Shown here piece by piece: positions 13,886-26,485 of a DNA stretch of 64,000 bases. The stretch's first letter is position 1; every line of letters begins with the position of its first letter. Under the pieces are notes generated by a model. The model was given only the letters and a program-made list of their open reading frames with translations, was not told where the DNA came from and did no database searches. Made by a program: the position numbers and the translations under genes. Source of the DNA: Octopus vulgaris (Eukaryota); contig OX597824.1 of NCBI GenBank assembly GCA_951406725.2, forward strand, positions 29,822,001-29,886,000. Direction: 5' to 3'.

Positions 13886-14270
13886 TTGAGGCGCAATAGC
13901 CCAGTGGTTAGGGCAGCGGACTCGCGGTCATAGGATCGCGGTTTCGATTCCCAGACCGGGTGTTGTGAGTGTTTATTGAGCGAAAACACCTAAAAGCTCC
14001 ACGAGGCTCCGGCAGGGTATGGTGGTGACTCCTGCAGTACTCTTTCACCACAACTTGCTCTCACTCTTACTTCCTGTTTCTGTTGTACCTGTATTTCAAG
14101 GGGCCGGCCTTGTCACTCTCTGTGTCACGCTGAATATCCCCGAGAACTACGTTAAGGGTGCACGTGTCTGTGGAGTGCTCAGCCACTTACACGTTAATTT
14201 CACGAGCAGGCTGTTCCGTTGATTCGGATCAACCGGAACCCTCATCGTCGATACCGACGGAGTGCTTCCA
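13886..14270 (+). mobile_element. SINE family C, full length
   Basis: tRNA head (CCCAGTGGTTAGGGC..GTTTCGATTCC); 12-bp TSD CATGTATCGTAG (13874-13885, 14271-14282). Confidence 0.93.
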
Positions 14271-14549
14271 CATGTATCGTAGGCCTTCAGTGCATTGATG
14301 ACACTATAACCAAAGTCTTCCCATTAAGCGCGAGTTCTCCGGCTACTTTACCAGTCTTGTCCAACCAGTGATATTCATCCACTGCGCTCTTTGCCTGCCT
14401 CTTTCTCTGAAAGCAATGTTTTCCTCTACTCTTCCTTCGGGGATAATGTTTCCCAGACCTCTGCTTCTTCATCTGTGTGTGTGTGTGTGGGGGGGGTGTA
14501 TGTGTGTGTATGTGTATGTGTGTGTGTGTGTGTAGATATGGATAGATAA

Positions 14550-14628
<79 letters not shown>

Positions 14629-15115
14629 TTTTTGTAAATGCTAGAAAACATATAAAGGGATGTGCTTATCTGCATATGTGTGTGTCTGTCGTTATCATTT
14701 TATGATATCATGGACAGATATATACAAGTCAATACTGAATCCATACGTATGAGTGTCCTTTTGTACAAGTGTACAAGCCATAATAAATGAATTCTTGTTA
14801 CTTCACACTGTTCAGGAATTATCGTCTTCCACTTAGTTGTTGTAACATCCATTCATTTGTCCAATGGTCCTTGTAAGATACACGTAACATTTTCCTATGC
14901 ACCCATGTCCGTTAGTGCAGAAAACGGTCTTTTGAAATATAAAGCTTCAAGTTTAAGTCTGTATAATGGGCGCAGAATTTGCTGTGTGGTAAGTAGTTTG
15001 CTTCCTTACTACATGGCTCCAGGTTTAGTCCCACTGCGTGGCACCTTGGGCAGAGGTTTTCTATTAGGTTTTAAATTTAAATCTTTTGAAAGGTTTAATA
15101 AAGAATAACAACCAA

Positions 15116-16156
15116 TTAATCAATAATGTATTCACCCTTGTAGTTTACAACTTCTTCCCAACGTTCAACATGATTTTCAATAACTCGTTGGTAGAAATCA
15201 CCCCCCGATTTCGACTCAAAATTAATCCAACCAAGCTCTCAATTCTGCATCAGTATTGAACGAAACTCTGCGCATAGAATTTGAAAGAGATCGAAACAGG
15301 GGGAAATCCGTTAGTGCCAAATCAAGAGAGTACGGCGGGTGTGGCAGCACTTCCCAGCTATGCGCTTGAATGGCTTTCTTGGTCATATTGGCGATATGAG
15401 GGTGGGCATTTTCATGCATCAAAAGAACTGCGTGCTGCCGATTCGGTCTTTTCTCATGAATAGCCGTGTTGAGTCGTTCCATCTGTTGCACATAGAGTTC
15501 CAGGTTGACCGTTTGGTTCCGTTCAAGCAATGGATAATCCCTTCCCAGTCCCACCATACGCACAACATCGTTTTACGCGGATGAACATCTTGTTTCACGC
15601 GCGGTGTCGTTTGTTTACCGGGGCTAAGACATTCCTTACGCTGCTTCATATTGATGTACAGGCACCATTTTTCGTCGCCAGTAACGATTCGGTAAAGAAA
15701 TCGTTGCTGTGTCCATGAGTTGAGCGGTGACGAGCAAGCAAACCAGCGGAGATTGTGGTTCGTTGATTTTTGTTGTTGTCACTTAAAGCATGCGGAACCC
15801 ATGCTCCATACTTCTGAACCTTTCCCATAGAGTAAAGATGCTTCTCTATAGCAGTGTGGATGTATTCCGTTTTTTTCTGCCAGTTCCCTTGTCGTTTGAC
15901 GAGAATGTTCGTGCAAAAGTTGGTTTAATCACTCTTCATCGAACTCAACTGGACGGCCAGGACGAGGTGCGTCTTTGAGATCAAAATTTCTATTTTTGAA
16001 CTTGGCATATCAATCACGAGCGGTTCTTTCAGCTATGGCACCCTCTCCATACACAGTACAAATATCGCGAGCAGCTTTTGTGGCCTTAGAACCTTGATTA
16101 ATAACAAAAAGAAAGAGGTGTCGAAAATGCTCGATTTTCTTAACTTGACATTCCAT
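15116..16156 (-). pseudogene. Mariner (DD34D-type) transposase pseudogene; element extends to ~16313
   Basis: MECQVKKIEHFRH..PRPGRP..WVPHAL..TGDEKW..MLCVWWD..HENAHPH..HPPYSLDLALTDF..GEYIID*; several stops and frameshifts. Confidence 0.95.
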
Positions 16157-16319
16157 TTTAACGATCTGAAAATAAACAAAAATTAACTATAATTAGCTAG
16201 AAAAAAAAAACAAAATAGATTCCAAAATGATTAAAAAATAGAATTCTCGAAAAGAAATAGATTCCAAAATTTAAAAAATCGGGGGATTAGATCTCTTAAA
16301 TGACTTGAAGAATATGCGT

Positions 16320-16381
<62 letters not shown>

Positions 16382-16404
16382 TTGTGTGTGTGTGTGTAGA
16401 TGTG

Positions 16405-16456
<52 letters not shown>

Positions 16457-16731
16457 TTTTTGTAAATGCTAGAAAACATATAAAGGGGTGTGCTTATCTG
16501 CATATGTGTGTGTGTGTGTCTGTCGTTATCATTTTATGATATCATGGACAGATATATACAAGTATATACTGAATCCATACGTATGAGTGTCCTTTTGTAC
16601 AAGTGTAAATTTGTGACTCTATATATGTATGTGTATGTGTTTATATATGTGTGCGTGTTCGTGGATAGATGTGTGCGTATACATTTATATATACGTGTGT
16701 GTGCATGTATGTATCTGTGTGCATATGATAT

Positions 16732-16779
<48 letters not shown>

Positions 16780-16866
16780 GATTATATTGGACATATTAGT
16801 TTGTAACGTACTCTGCTAAGAGAAAAAAATGAACTATCTTGTGTGGTTAGCTACAAGCAAATAAGC

Positions 16867-16961
<95 letters not shown>

Positions 16962-17550
16962 TGTGTGTGTGTGTGTGTGTGTGTACGAGTGGTTTGTATA
17001 TACGTATGTATTTATATATGTGTGTAACTGTTTGTGTGTGGCATTTCAACGTGTCTGGTCTTTGAATGAGATATTGTCTTTATTTGAATAATACACGGGA
17101 TTTATCAGACAGAGGTTGAGGTGCCAAATAATACACAATCATATATTGCTGTTTTAATAATTGATATTGTACACGAGAGGTTCAGGCTTCAGTCTTTCAC
17201 TCTTTTTCCTGTTTCTGAACTACATATCTACACATACATACATACGTACATGCTTATGTACGTACGTACGTCTCTGTGAGTGTGTATGTGTGTCTTTGTA
17301 ATATGGCGGAAGGTGCATCTATTTTGTTATTAATAAAAAAAATATAAACATGACATTGGCTATTTTTTGTTCATTTGTTTTTCTTTTCTTTTTTTTTTTC
17401 TGTTTTGGATGGTTATTTGGAATAGAAAAAGTCTCCTGCCATTTATATTGAACAAAAAAAAAAAAGCTGCAGACAGATAAGTTATGGAAATTAATAATAT
17501 TTTCTTTTAACCAGATATTAAAGCTCTGTTACTCGTGACACATAAGAAAA

Positions 17551-17593
17551 TTGTTGTGTCGTGTTGTATACGTATATTTTTAAGTTGCGGCCC

Positions 17594-17646
<53 letters not shown>

Positions 17647-17688
17647 GGTCACAACTTAAAAATATACGTATACGACACAACACAACAC
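17551..17688. repeat. Inverted repeat (~47-bp arms) centred on (AT)n
   Basis: 17551-17597 is the reverse complement of 17642-17688 with a few transitions. Confidence 0.9.
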
Positions 17689-18000
17689 GACAAAACAAAA
17701 TTCAGTCGAATATAGTACTTAAAGTTGAGGCACCCAGTTAGGTCGGAATAAAATGCACACACAACAATCTTTAGATGAATATCAACCTTGGTACAGACGT
17801 TCTAGCAGAATGATATTCAAGTGATGTATGCAGTCAGTTTGACTCAACTGAGTATATAATCCGCTCTTGAGCTATTCAGACATGTACCTTTTATTAAATA
17901 TACAGTTCATAATATACTTCAGAACAAGCGTGGGGCATGTTCTGAGATAGGTGAATTAAAAATAAGTAACAATTGTTCAACTGTTATATATATATATAAT

Positions 18001-18280
18001 TATATATAAGGAAAAAAGAAAAAGTTTTCCTATTCCAATATGCCGAAGAGTAGACCTTAAACCGTCTAACCACATACAATAATTTTCACTATAAATATAC
18101 AGCGCACTGCATGTGCTTAGACGGTTTCAGATCTATTTTTCAGCATATTGGCATAGGAAATTTTTTTCTTTTGTCCTTATTTATAATTGTTTATATTTTC
18201 ACCATGAAAAGTATTTTAATATGCTGACCACTGATACAATATTTTTTGGGGGAAAATTTTATCTTTATATTAGAAGTGTA
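18001..18280. mobile_element. Fold-back element (~80-bp arms) with unpaired tail, in (TA)n; PLE-like
   Basis: 18001-18080 pairs imperfectly with 18108-18186; ~90-bp extension ends in a TA run. Confidence 0.6.
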
Positions 18281-18459
18281 TATATATATATATATATGGC
18301 GGTGCCCCAGCATGGCCACAGCTCATGAGCTGAAACTAGAATCAATCAATCAATCATATATACATATATTGATAAAAACGGTATGTCTTAATAATGGTCA
18401 ATCACACAGTAATTTCCTTTTGTATAACGGTCATTTTCATAGCATTTTTCCGATGGCCG

Positions 18460-18520
18460 GATAACTGAAGAGATGGCGGCGTGGTTTTTCACCTCGACAT
18501 CCGAAACTCGGAGTTTTATC
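18460..18520 (+). ncRNA. Type I hammerhead ribozyme motif
   Basis: gataa-CTGAAGA-gatg..catc-c-GAAA-ctc(g)gag-TT-ttatc; perfect 5-bp stem I, stem III ACTC/GAGT. Confidence 0.7.
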
Positions 18521-18534
18521 ATGGTTATTGCATT

Positions 18535-18589
<55 letters not shown>

Positions 18590-18831
18590 TGATCGACCAT
18601 ACTATCAGATCTTGTAGTACGTCACTGACCACAACGCGCTTTGCTAACCGCAATACGCTTTCATTCGAAAGCCAAAACGATGCAAAGCGCATTGGGGGCC
18701 TTTTAAGCTCTAATTGGAGTGATAAGCTACCTCAGTGAGATTCGAAACCGAAGCGCTGACAGGAACAGTAATGATTAGATGTAAAGTATTCAACAGAATT
18801 CTCGGTCAACCATCATAATTTTCCTTTTATT

Positions 18832-19054
18832 GTCTATTTCTTTACTACCCACAAGGGGCTAAACACAGAGGGGACAAACAAGGTCAGACAAACGGATTAA
18901 GTCGATTGCATCGACCCCAGTGCGTAACTGGTACTTATTTAATCGACCCCGATAGAATGAAAGGCAAAGTCGACCTCGGCGGAATTTGAACTCAGAACGT
19001 AGCGGCAGACGAAATTTCGCCCGGCGTGCTAACGTTTCTGCCAGCTTGCCGCCT
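18832..19054 (-). mobile_element. SINE family B, monomer
   Basis: Head plus one body; 13-bp TSD TTTTCCTTTTATT (18819-18831, 19055-19067). Confidence 0.92.
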
Positions 19055-19384
19055 TTTTCCTTTTATTATCGTCGCCATTTGCGAGTGAAAACCCTAAACA
19101 ATAGGAAAATTAGTCCTAACGCTACTACAGAGAAGGCTTGAAGCATAGACTAACGTAGACATTTGTATACGCACAGCCACACACGAGGACACACATCTAT
19201 ATATCTGCGGGTATGTACATGTTTGCATGTGTGTATCTCTGAGTATACATACTTTGGATTTGTGTGTGCGTGTATGTGTGTGTGTGTGTGTGTGTTTGTG
19301 TGCAAAGACATTCTCATTCTCGAACATATATACACACAATACAGGCACACGCACACAGGCACACACACACATACACACACACAC

Positions 19385-19441
<57 letters not shown>

Positions 19442-20101
19442 CATATATATGCACACACACATACACAACCGGTGATAAGCACGAATATAAACGTAGATAC
19501 ACTAACACACACAAACACATGCTCAGAGACACGCATACACACGCTCACACACACGCCGACACACACACACACTCAATACAAGTGCGAACAAATATTCCTC
19601 CGATTCCATTATACGGTTTGGTAATTCAGTTTATTCGCCAGAACTTTTAGAAATTATTGTCTTTGTTAGTTGTAGAATCAGACGTTTGGAATCATCGACC
19701 CATTTCCAAAGACTCGACAATGCGCAACTCAAGCCCCATAACTCCTTAGTTTTTGCTTATTTTTCGTTTTTTTTTTACTTTCTTTATTTTTTTCTTGTTT
19801 ATTTTTCTTGGTTTATTTGTTGTTTTATGTTTGCTTTTAAACTTCATCTACTACAAATTTGACTTCACAGGCTGGAGAGTTCCATTCATTGATTCTTGTT
19901 TTTTTTTTCTTTTTGTATTTTCTGTCTTTTACTTGTTTCAGTCATGAGACTGCGTCCATGCTGGAGCATCATCTTGAAGAATTTTGACCGAATGAATCGA
20001 CACCAGTACATTTTTTTTTTGTTTTTTTTTGTTTTTTATCGTGCTCTTTTTCCGAACCGCTAAGTCATGATAATGTAACTACACCAACACTCATTCTTAT
20101 A

Positions 20102-20138
<37 letters not shown>

Positions 20139-20140
20139 GT

Positions 20141-20500
20141 ATGGAGGGGCACTGGCCCAGTGGTTAGGGCAGCGGACTCACGGTCGTAGGATTGTGGTTT
20201 CGATTCCCAGACCGGGAGTTGTGAGAGTTTATTGAACGAAAACACCTAAAATTCCATAAGGCTTGGGTAGGGGTGGTGGCGACCCTGCTGTACTCTTTCG
20301 CCACAACTTTCTTTCACTCTTCCTGCCTGTTTTTGCTGAACCTGTATTTCAAAGGGCCAGCCTTGTCACACTAAATCTCTCCGAGAACTACATTAAGGGT
20401 ACACGTGTCTGTGGAGTGCTCCGCCACATGCACGTTAATTTCACGAGCAGGCTGTTCCGTTGATCGGATCAACTGGAACCCTTGTCATCGAAGTGCCACA
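20141..20500 (+). mobile_element. SINE family C, older copy
   Basis: Collinear with 13886-14270. Confidence 0.88.
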
Positions 20501-20501
20501 A

Positions 20502-20544
<43 letters not shown>

Positions 20545-20549
20545 TGTAT

Positions 20550-21366
20550 GAGTTAGAGGTTAAGCAACCATCTAAGGGATAATAAATATCCAATATACTA
20601 CTGGATGTATACCTATGTATTTATATCTAAGTGCTTACTGTTGCAGGGCAGTATCGCAATTGAATACTAGGTATGAGTGGGGGTAAAACAAATTTACCCA
20701 GAATTTATAAGGCAAATAAGAAAATGGAGAGGATAATCAATCGACAAACATCAGCCTGTAAACATTCATTTAGATCTATTTATTAATTGATTACAATCAT
20801 ACGTATTAGTAAGCAAAATAAACAAATGAAATAAGTAAATAAATAGATAAATAAAAAATAAATGAATAAGTGAAAAAAATGAGTGAAAAATATTAAACTC
20901 TACAGCTGTTTCTACTATGGCGTTGTCCAATCTGCCAAGTTTTCCACATCATGCCAGTAATATACAGGGATTGTACAAAAGTTGAACAAATATTGGACAG
21001 GGGTTGGATAATTATTGAGCCCCAAAGCTTCATCAGAGAGACCATGAAGTTAGGAATCTAACATGTGAGGAAGTAAGATAAAATAAGAAAATAAAGTAAA
21101 ATAATAACATAATAGAAATTGTAAGGGATGGTTAAAAACGTCAATTCCAAGGTGATAAGCATAAGCTATGGGATTGCACCTTATGGTAAAGAAAGTCACT
21201 TCCAGGAGTATTTTCCACAACTTATGAGAGTTAAACCATGTTTCAATTTTACTCATTTTGCTTATTTCATTTGTTTATTTTGATTACTTATACATATGAT
21301 TGTAACCAATTAATAAATAGATATAAATTGATGATTATCCTCTCAATTTTATTAAATTGCCTTATA
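20550..21366 (-). mobile_element. Non-autonomous Penelope-like element with inverted arms and tail
   Basis: 20706-20840 is an imperfect inverted copy of ~21250-21366; encloses a hammerhead motif; right end in (TA)n. Confidence 0.7.
20898..21040 (-). ncRNA. Type I hammerhead motif with long stem II insertion
   Basis: Minus strand: ctct-CTGATGA-[~115 nt incl. TGTCCAAT/ATTGGACA]-GAAACAGCTGTA-gag; palindromic stem III ACAGCTGT. Confidence 0.65.
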
Positions 21367-21381
21367 TATATATATATATAT

Positions 21382-21767
21382 AACTAGAAGTCACACAATA
21401 AAACAAAAGACGAAGACAGGTGGTGTAGACAACAAACAGATATATTAGTATAACGCTCGGGAAGGGAAAAAGTCTTTAATGTTTCGAGCCTATGCTCTTC
21501 CACAGAAAGGAATACAGAAAGAAACAAGGAGAGAATGTGCAGTGGCTAGCGATCTGTACATATATCCATTCCAAAATGTAACCACATGTGAATCGTTCGC
21601 AATTTTCTTCCTCCGTCTTCCCTTCTTTTGGACGTTCCTCTGTTTCCGAAGAAGAGCGTCTGCTCGAAACATTAAACCATCTTTCTTTCCTTTCATGGGC
21701 GTCTGTTAATACACTACATGTACCACGTCCTCGCGTTGTTGTTTTTGTGTTTGCTCTTTTTGAGATT

Positions 21768-21772
<5 letters not shown>
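21382..21772. mobile_element. Two head-to-head PLE-derived ends, each with a degenerate hammerhead
   Basis: Minus 21474-21510 and plus 21642-21678 resemble the 13348 motif; 21400-21510 aligns to 13348-13455; both ends in (TA)n. Confidence 0.7.
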
Positions 21773-21812
<40 letters not shown>

Positions 21813-22409
21813 CATATATACATACACACATATATACATACATACATACATAAATACATACATATATACAAACATCAAAGGGGTACCGGAGGGTAGAGGA
21901 AGCACCAACATTTCTAGGAACAAGAGTCATGACAAATGAAATTTTCCTTTTTGTTCTTGTATTGCGTCTAGCCGCCTTTGTTATTTTATATATACATATA
22001 TATGACGGGCTTCTTTTGGTTTCCGTCTACAAAATCCACTCATAAGGCTTTGGTCTGCCCGAACTTATAACTGAAAACACTTGTCCAAGGTGTCGTGCAA
22101 TGGAACCGTACCCGGAACCATGTAGCTGGAAAGCAAGCTTCTTACCACACAGCAACGCCAGATAATTGTTTATGCTTTTATTTATTTCTGTATTCTTTGC
22201 AAAGTTTCAATAAAACATTCCACTTTGAGTCAGAGTCATCCACACCAGAATGAGGCTTCCGGCCAATTTCCTATTATTGTTATTATTTTTATATTTTTAT
22301 TTAATATTTTTATTCAACTTTGTTGTATTTATTTAATTGTTTTTTTTTCTCTTTTGATATTTTTTTATTTTATTGTTTTCAATATGGCTTAATGTGTGTG
22401 GCCAGTTAA

Positions 22410-23255
<846 letters not shown>

Positions 23256-23740
23256 AGAATGACTATTACAATATATTTTTTAATAATTTTTAATAATGGA
23301 AGTTGTCATTCTTCATTGTCCTTTGTTCACAGTTCATTAACCGATTGCTTATTCTAAAAATAGACATTTGTAGGAGAGAAGAAGAAGAAGAATCACAATC
23401 ACGAAAACATCATACAACAATATGACAAATCTTTAATTAATATTTTATTTATTTATTTGTTTATTTTGCAATTATTGCATCATTTAATCCGGTTTGATTG
23501 TCTCGTTTGTGAAATACCTTTCTTTATGCTAGAAACTCTGGTGATGTCATCAACATTCATCACAATAAATCTCTACGTAGTTATTCAATCTGCTAGTGAT
23601 AAATGTCAAATCTTCCTCAATTTTTTTCTCTACAAATTACGTCTAAATCCTTCCTACTATAGGCACAAGGCCGGAAATATATACATACGTACACATGCAC
23701 ACACCCATCCATATGTATGTGAGTGTCTGTATGTGAGTGA

Positions 23741-24125
23741 GTGGAGGCGCAATGGCCCAGTGGTTAGGGCAGCGGACTCGCGGTCATAGGATCGCGGTTT
23801 CGATTCCCAGACCGGGCGTTGTGAGTGTTTATTGAGCGAAAACACCTAAAGCTCCACGAGGCTCCGGCAGGGGATGGTGGTGATCCCTGCTGTACTCTTT
23901 CACCACAACTTGCTCTCACTCTTACTTCCTGTTTCTGTTGTACCTGTATTTCAAGGCGCCGGCCTTGTCACTCTCTGTGTCACGCTGAATATCCCCGAGA
24001 ACTACGTTAAGGGTGCACGTGTCTGTGGAGTGCTCAGCCACTTACATGTTTATTTCACGAGCAGGCTGTTCCGTTGATTCGGATCAACCGGAACCCTCAT
24101 CGTCGTAACCGACGGAGTGCTTCCA
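23741..24125 (+). mobile_element. SINE family C, full length
   Basis: Highly similar to 13886-14270; TSD ATGTGAGTGA (23731-23740, 24126-24135). Confidence 0.93.
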
Positions 24126-25010
24126 ATGTGAGTGAATGTGTGTGAATGTATGTGTGTGTGTATGATCCCTAAATCAAATGGTGCGTTGTATTCTTGAGCA
24201 AAACCCTTTATTTCACATTGCTGAAGTCCACTCAACTGTAAATAAGTTCCAGCAATAACTAGAGAGTTAACTCTGCGAGGGGCTAGCGTCCTATCCCGGG
24301 ATTTGTGTTGTAATTTTAGCCACTTATACACCACGGAAACCGTGTTAATTCTGGTCTCATGCATCCTAGCGCTCCCAACAGACCAAAGACCTAAGACGAA
24401 AACAACATTGCTGAGGGACAAACAAACACAAAGAGACACATACATATACATACACCCACATATACATATATATATACATGTGTGTGTGTATGCAATAACA
24501 TCATAACGTTTATTTAAAAGCCTCTATACCGTTATCGGCTACCATTTGCCATCATACAGCAGTGTTATCTCTTCTGCTGGATATATATGTGGAACTCCGT
24601 TAGTGTATAGAATTTATTCAAGAAAATAGTATGAAACTAAAAACTCAGCAGCTAACAGCTGTTACCACTTCACGGAAATAATTGTATTTTTAATTAAAGC
24701 ACATTTATTCCAGCTTCTTGTGTGTGTGTGTGTGTGTGTAATCCACTTACAAGGCCCGAGGTTATAGTAGATGACATTTTGCCGATGGTGTCACGCAGTG
24801 GGAGTGAATCTGGAACCATGTGATTGGAAAGAAAGCTTCTTACCACACAGTTTACATAATTTTAAAATATATTTTAATATATTATATAAGTCAAAGAGTA
24901 TTTTATATATTCTATTTCTTACTTTATGTATCTTTTATTTTATATATATATACTGTTGCATTACAACTTACCACATGGAGATAATTGAAATTTTCTTCCT
25001 CCCTTTGGCT

Positions 25011-25063
<53 letters not shown>

Positions 25064-25064
<1 letters not shown>

Positions 25065-25237
25065 TTTATTTAAAAGCAGGAGAAATATAACAAAAGCTGT
25101 TACTCAGAGGGGAACGTGAAACTCTGAGTAAAAGCTTTTGTTATATTTCTGCTGCTTTTAAATAAAGCATATTAATCTACCTCTGGTATTTGAGTACACT
25201 TTTTTCTACCTTGTTTCACATTTATATGCTTACTCCG

Positions 25238-25239
<2 letters not shown>
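25064..25239 (+). mobile_element. Fold-back plus tail PLE-like insertion in (TA)n
   Basis: 46-bp arms 25064-25109 and 25122-25167; GAAACTCTGAGTA half hammerhead; ~70-bp tail; sibling at 57579. Confidence 0.75.
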
Positions 25240-25279
<40 letters not shown>

Positions 25280-25666
25280 GCACGCACACACAAACACACA
25301 CACGAAGACACACAGACACACACCTATATATGGTATTTGCTTTATGTAACAACCGTTACTAAGAACTTCATTGATACCAACATATTTTAGATTATAGCTG
25401 TGATTTATAAGATATGATTGTTGTGTGAAAATTGTTTATAACTTTTGTCGTGCAATATGTTTAAACAAGCACAGGGTTTCGTTTTCATGTCCATCAAACA
25501 CCTCCAACGCAATCTCTGATTTAATCAGTAGATTTATCTATTTGACACCAGCTATAAAACTTGCTGGATATCAGTTTTCGCTTATTTAGATATCCCATAA
25601 TGCAAAGTGTACGTCTATTTGTGGGGGCGAGTATAAACGTCTGCGTTGCTGTATTCGTACGTGCGC

Positions 25667-25719
<53 letters not shown>

Positions 25720-25747
25720 TGTGTGTGTCTGTGTGTGTGTGTGTGTG

Positions 25748-25960
25748 TGCTGAAAAATCACTGGCTTTAAAGAGTATCGCGAAAGGCTTTAGCTAGAAAC
25801 CCAACTTTCCGAGTTCTTCTGCAGGGCTTAGAAAAATTGAAGGTCTGCTGCAATAAGTATATGAATCTGAGAAGGAAATACGTTGGATACAATCATGATT
25901 AACTGATCCACCTGTATTTCCTTTTACCCAAGGCCAGGAACTTTTCAGCATCCCCACGTA
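25748..25960. mobile_element. Mariner-like MITE remnant
   Basis: Right end reads TACGTGGGGATGCTGAAAAGTTCCTGGC on minus; left TGCTGAAAAATCACTGGC is a decayed inverted match. Confidence 0.55.
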
Positions 25961-26006
25961 TGTACAAGCACGCACATTATATATATATATATATATATAC
26001 GTATGC

Positions 26007-26485
26007 GTGTCGGTGCCACGTAAAAAAAAAAGCACCCAGTACATTCAATAATGTGATTGGTGTGAAGAAAGGGCATCCAGCTGTAGACTGTCCCTCAATC
26101 ATACTTCAACCTCTTATTGACTGTCACAAAGCCGTCTCCTTCAGTATTTCTCTCTACCTCAGCTGAAGGAGTCGTGTTTTTGCAAGTTTGTTGGTGACCT
26201 CACCAGTGTCGGTGCCACGTAAAAAAAGAAGCACCCAGTACATTCAATAATGTGATTGGTGTGAAGAAAGGGCATCCAGCTGTAGACTGTCCCTCAATCA
26301 TACTTCAACCTCTTATTGCCTGTCACAAAGCCGTCTCCTTCAGTATTTCTCTCTACCTCAGCTGAAGGAGTCGTGTTTTTGCAAGTTTGTTGGTGACCTC
26401 ACCAGTGTCGGTGCCGCGTAAAAAAAGAAGCACCCAGTACATTCAGTAATGTGATTGGTGTGAGGAAAGGGTATCCAGCTGTAGA
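26007..26485 (+). repeat. Tandem repeat, 199-bp period x ~2.4, from a retroposon fragment
   Basis: GTGTCGGTGCC starts at 26007, 26206, 26405; units 1 and 2 nearly identical. Confidence 0.92.

Noticed and set aside
23741-23815. tRNA genes (also 3979, 13886, 60281, 62488)
   Set aside because: tRNA-like SINE heads continuing into SINE bodies, some with TSDs; no complete cloverleaf
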